Assembly (NCBI GenBank): GCA_051294905.1
Contig: CM119371.1
Location: forward strand, 37,016,001 to 37,080,000
Source of the DNA: Botryllus schlosseri
Lineage: Eukaryota
Direction of reading: 5' to 3'
DNA length: 64,000 nt
Numbering within the stretch: position 1 is the first letter of the stretch; each line of letters opens with the position of its first letter. The position numbers and the translations under genes are program-made. The notes below the pieces were generated by a model. That model saw only the letters and a list, made by a program, of their open reading frames with translations. It had not been told where the DNA came from and searched no databases. Positions 63,302-64,000 of this stretch are shown here, piece after piece.

Positions 63302-64000
63302 GTAAGAGACATTCATGATATGCTGCAAATGTGACTTTGTTCTTTGTCTAGTCACCCCACTTATGTAACAATTCAGGCTTCATGCCCGGGTTGTAACCAA
63401 GTCACAAGGCTCCGAGTCGCAAGTCAATCTCACTTTTATAGTTTATACTCGAGTCATTTTCAATTCACCATTGAGTCAAGCCCGAATCGAAGTCAGCGAG
63501 CTGAGGGCCTAGTCCGAGTCGTGGTATTATGACTCGAGTCAGAGTCTAAGTCGTTGTGTTAGCTGATCAGTTTCCAATTTAAGTCTTGTTCAACCAACTT
63601 TTTATATATTTTTTGTGAAATCGAGTGGGTCGCATTTATAATATACTAATTTTCCTTACTTTTAGCCAGGGTTATAATGACTCGAGTCATTTTCTCAAAA
63701 TACGGAAATGACTCGACTTGGACTCGAGTCATTGCGCATGACTCGAATCAAGTCATATGACTTGGGACTCAGATGGCCAACACCGACATTTCATTGTAAT
63801 TTCGAAGAACAGTAAAGTAACCACCCTATTGGGATTTGTCTATGGGTACTGGTACTTAATAATGCGACCAGAAACTGCTGAAAGTGAGGGAAATTAGTTT
63901 ATTGTGAATGCGAACCATTCGATATCACCAAACAGAGTTATAAAAGTGGGTTTTACAAGACTTTAACTGGAAACTGAGCCGTCAACACCAGGCGCGTATC

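Overview
AT-rich, intron-containing, MITE-dense animal DNA. An invertebrate deuterostome such as an ascidian is plausible but is only my inference. The window is a tandem array of duplicated cassettes. Each ends in a single-exon C2H2 zinc-finger array made of 84-bp repeats with the non-canonical linker HAGVKNHEC: ZNF-A 14627-15673 (12 fingers, open), ZNF-B 26467-27597 (13, open), ZNF-C 40982-43122 (22 before a stop, about 25 in all) and ZNF-D 54788-59216 (about 30, frameshifted and split by a TTAA-flanked Kolobok-like insertion). Three cassettes also carry decayed, spliced copies of an ACTR10 (Arp11)-like gene that the ORF track shows only as fragments: near-complete at 495-8871 and 28736-36393, first exon only at 17897. 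Shared transposon insertions and shared N-termini suggest two rounds of duplication (A/C and B/D are sister pairs). The rest is non-autonomous DNA transposons (many with readable 8-bp target-site duplications, TSDs), a foldback-like element, elements carrying CCCTAA/TTAGGG arrays, two SINE families, a truncated CR1/L2-group LINE, a deleted hAT-group transposase and a DUF4806-like relic. The best candidate for an undescribed system is the fast-turnover, effector-less ZNF cluster. Its function cannot be established from sequence alone. All protein and repeat family assignments come from motif recognition by eye, not from database searches.
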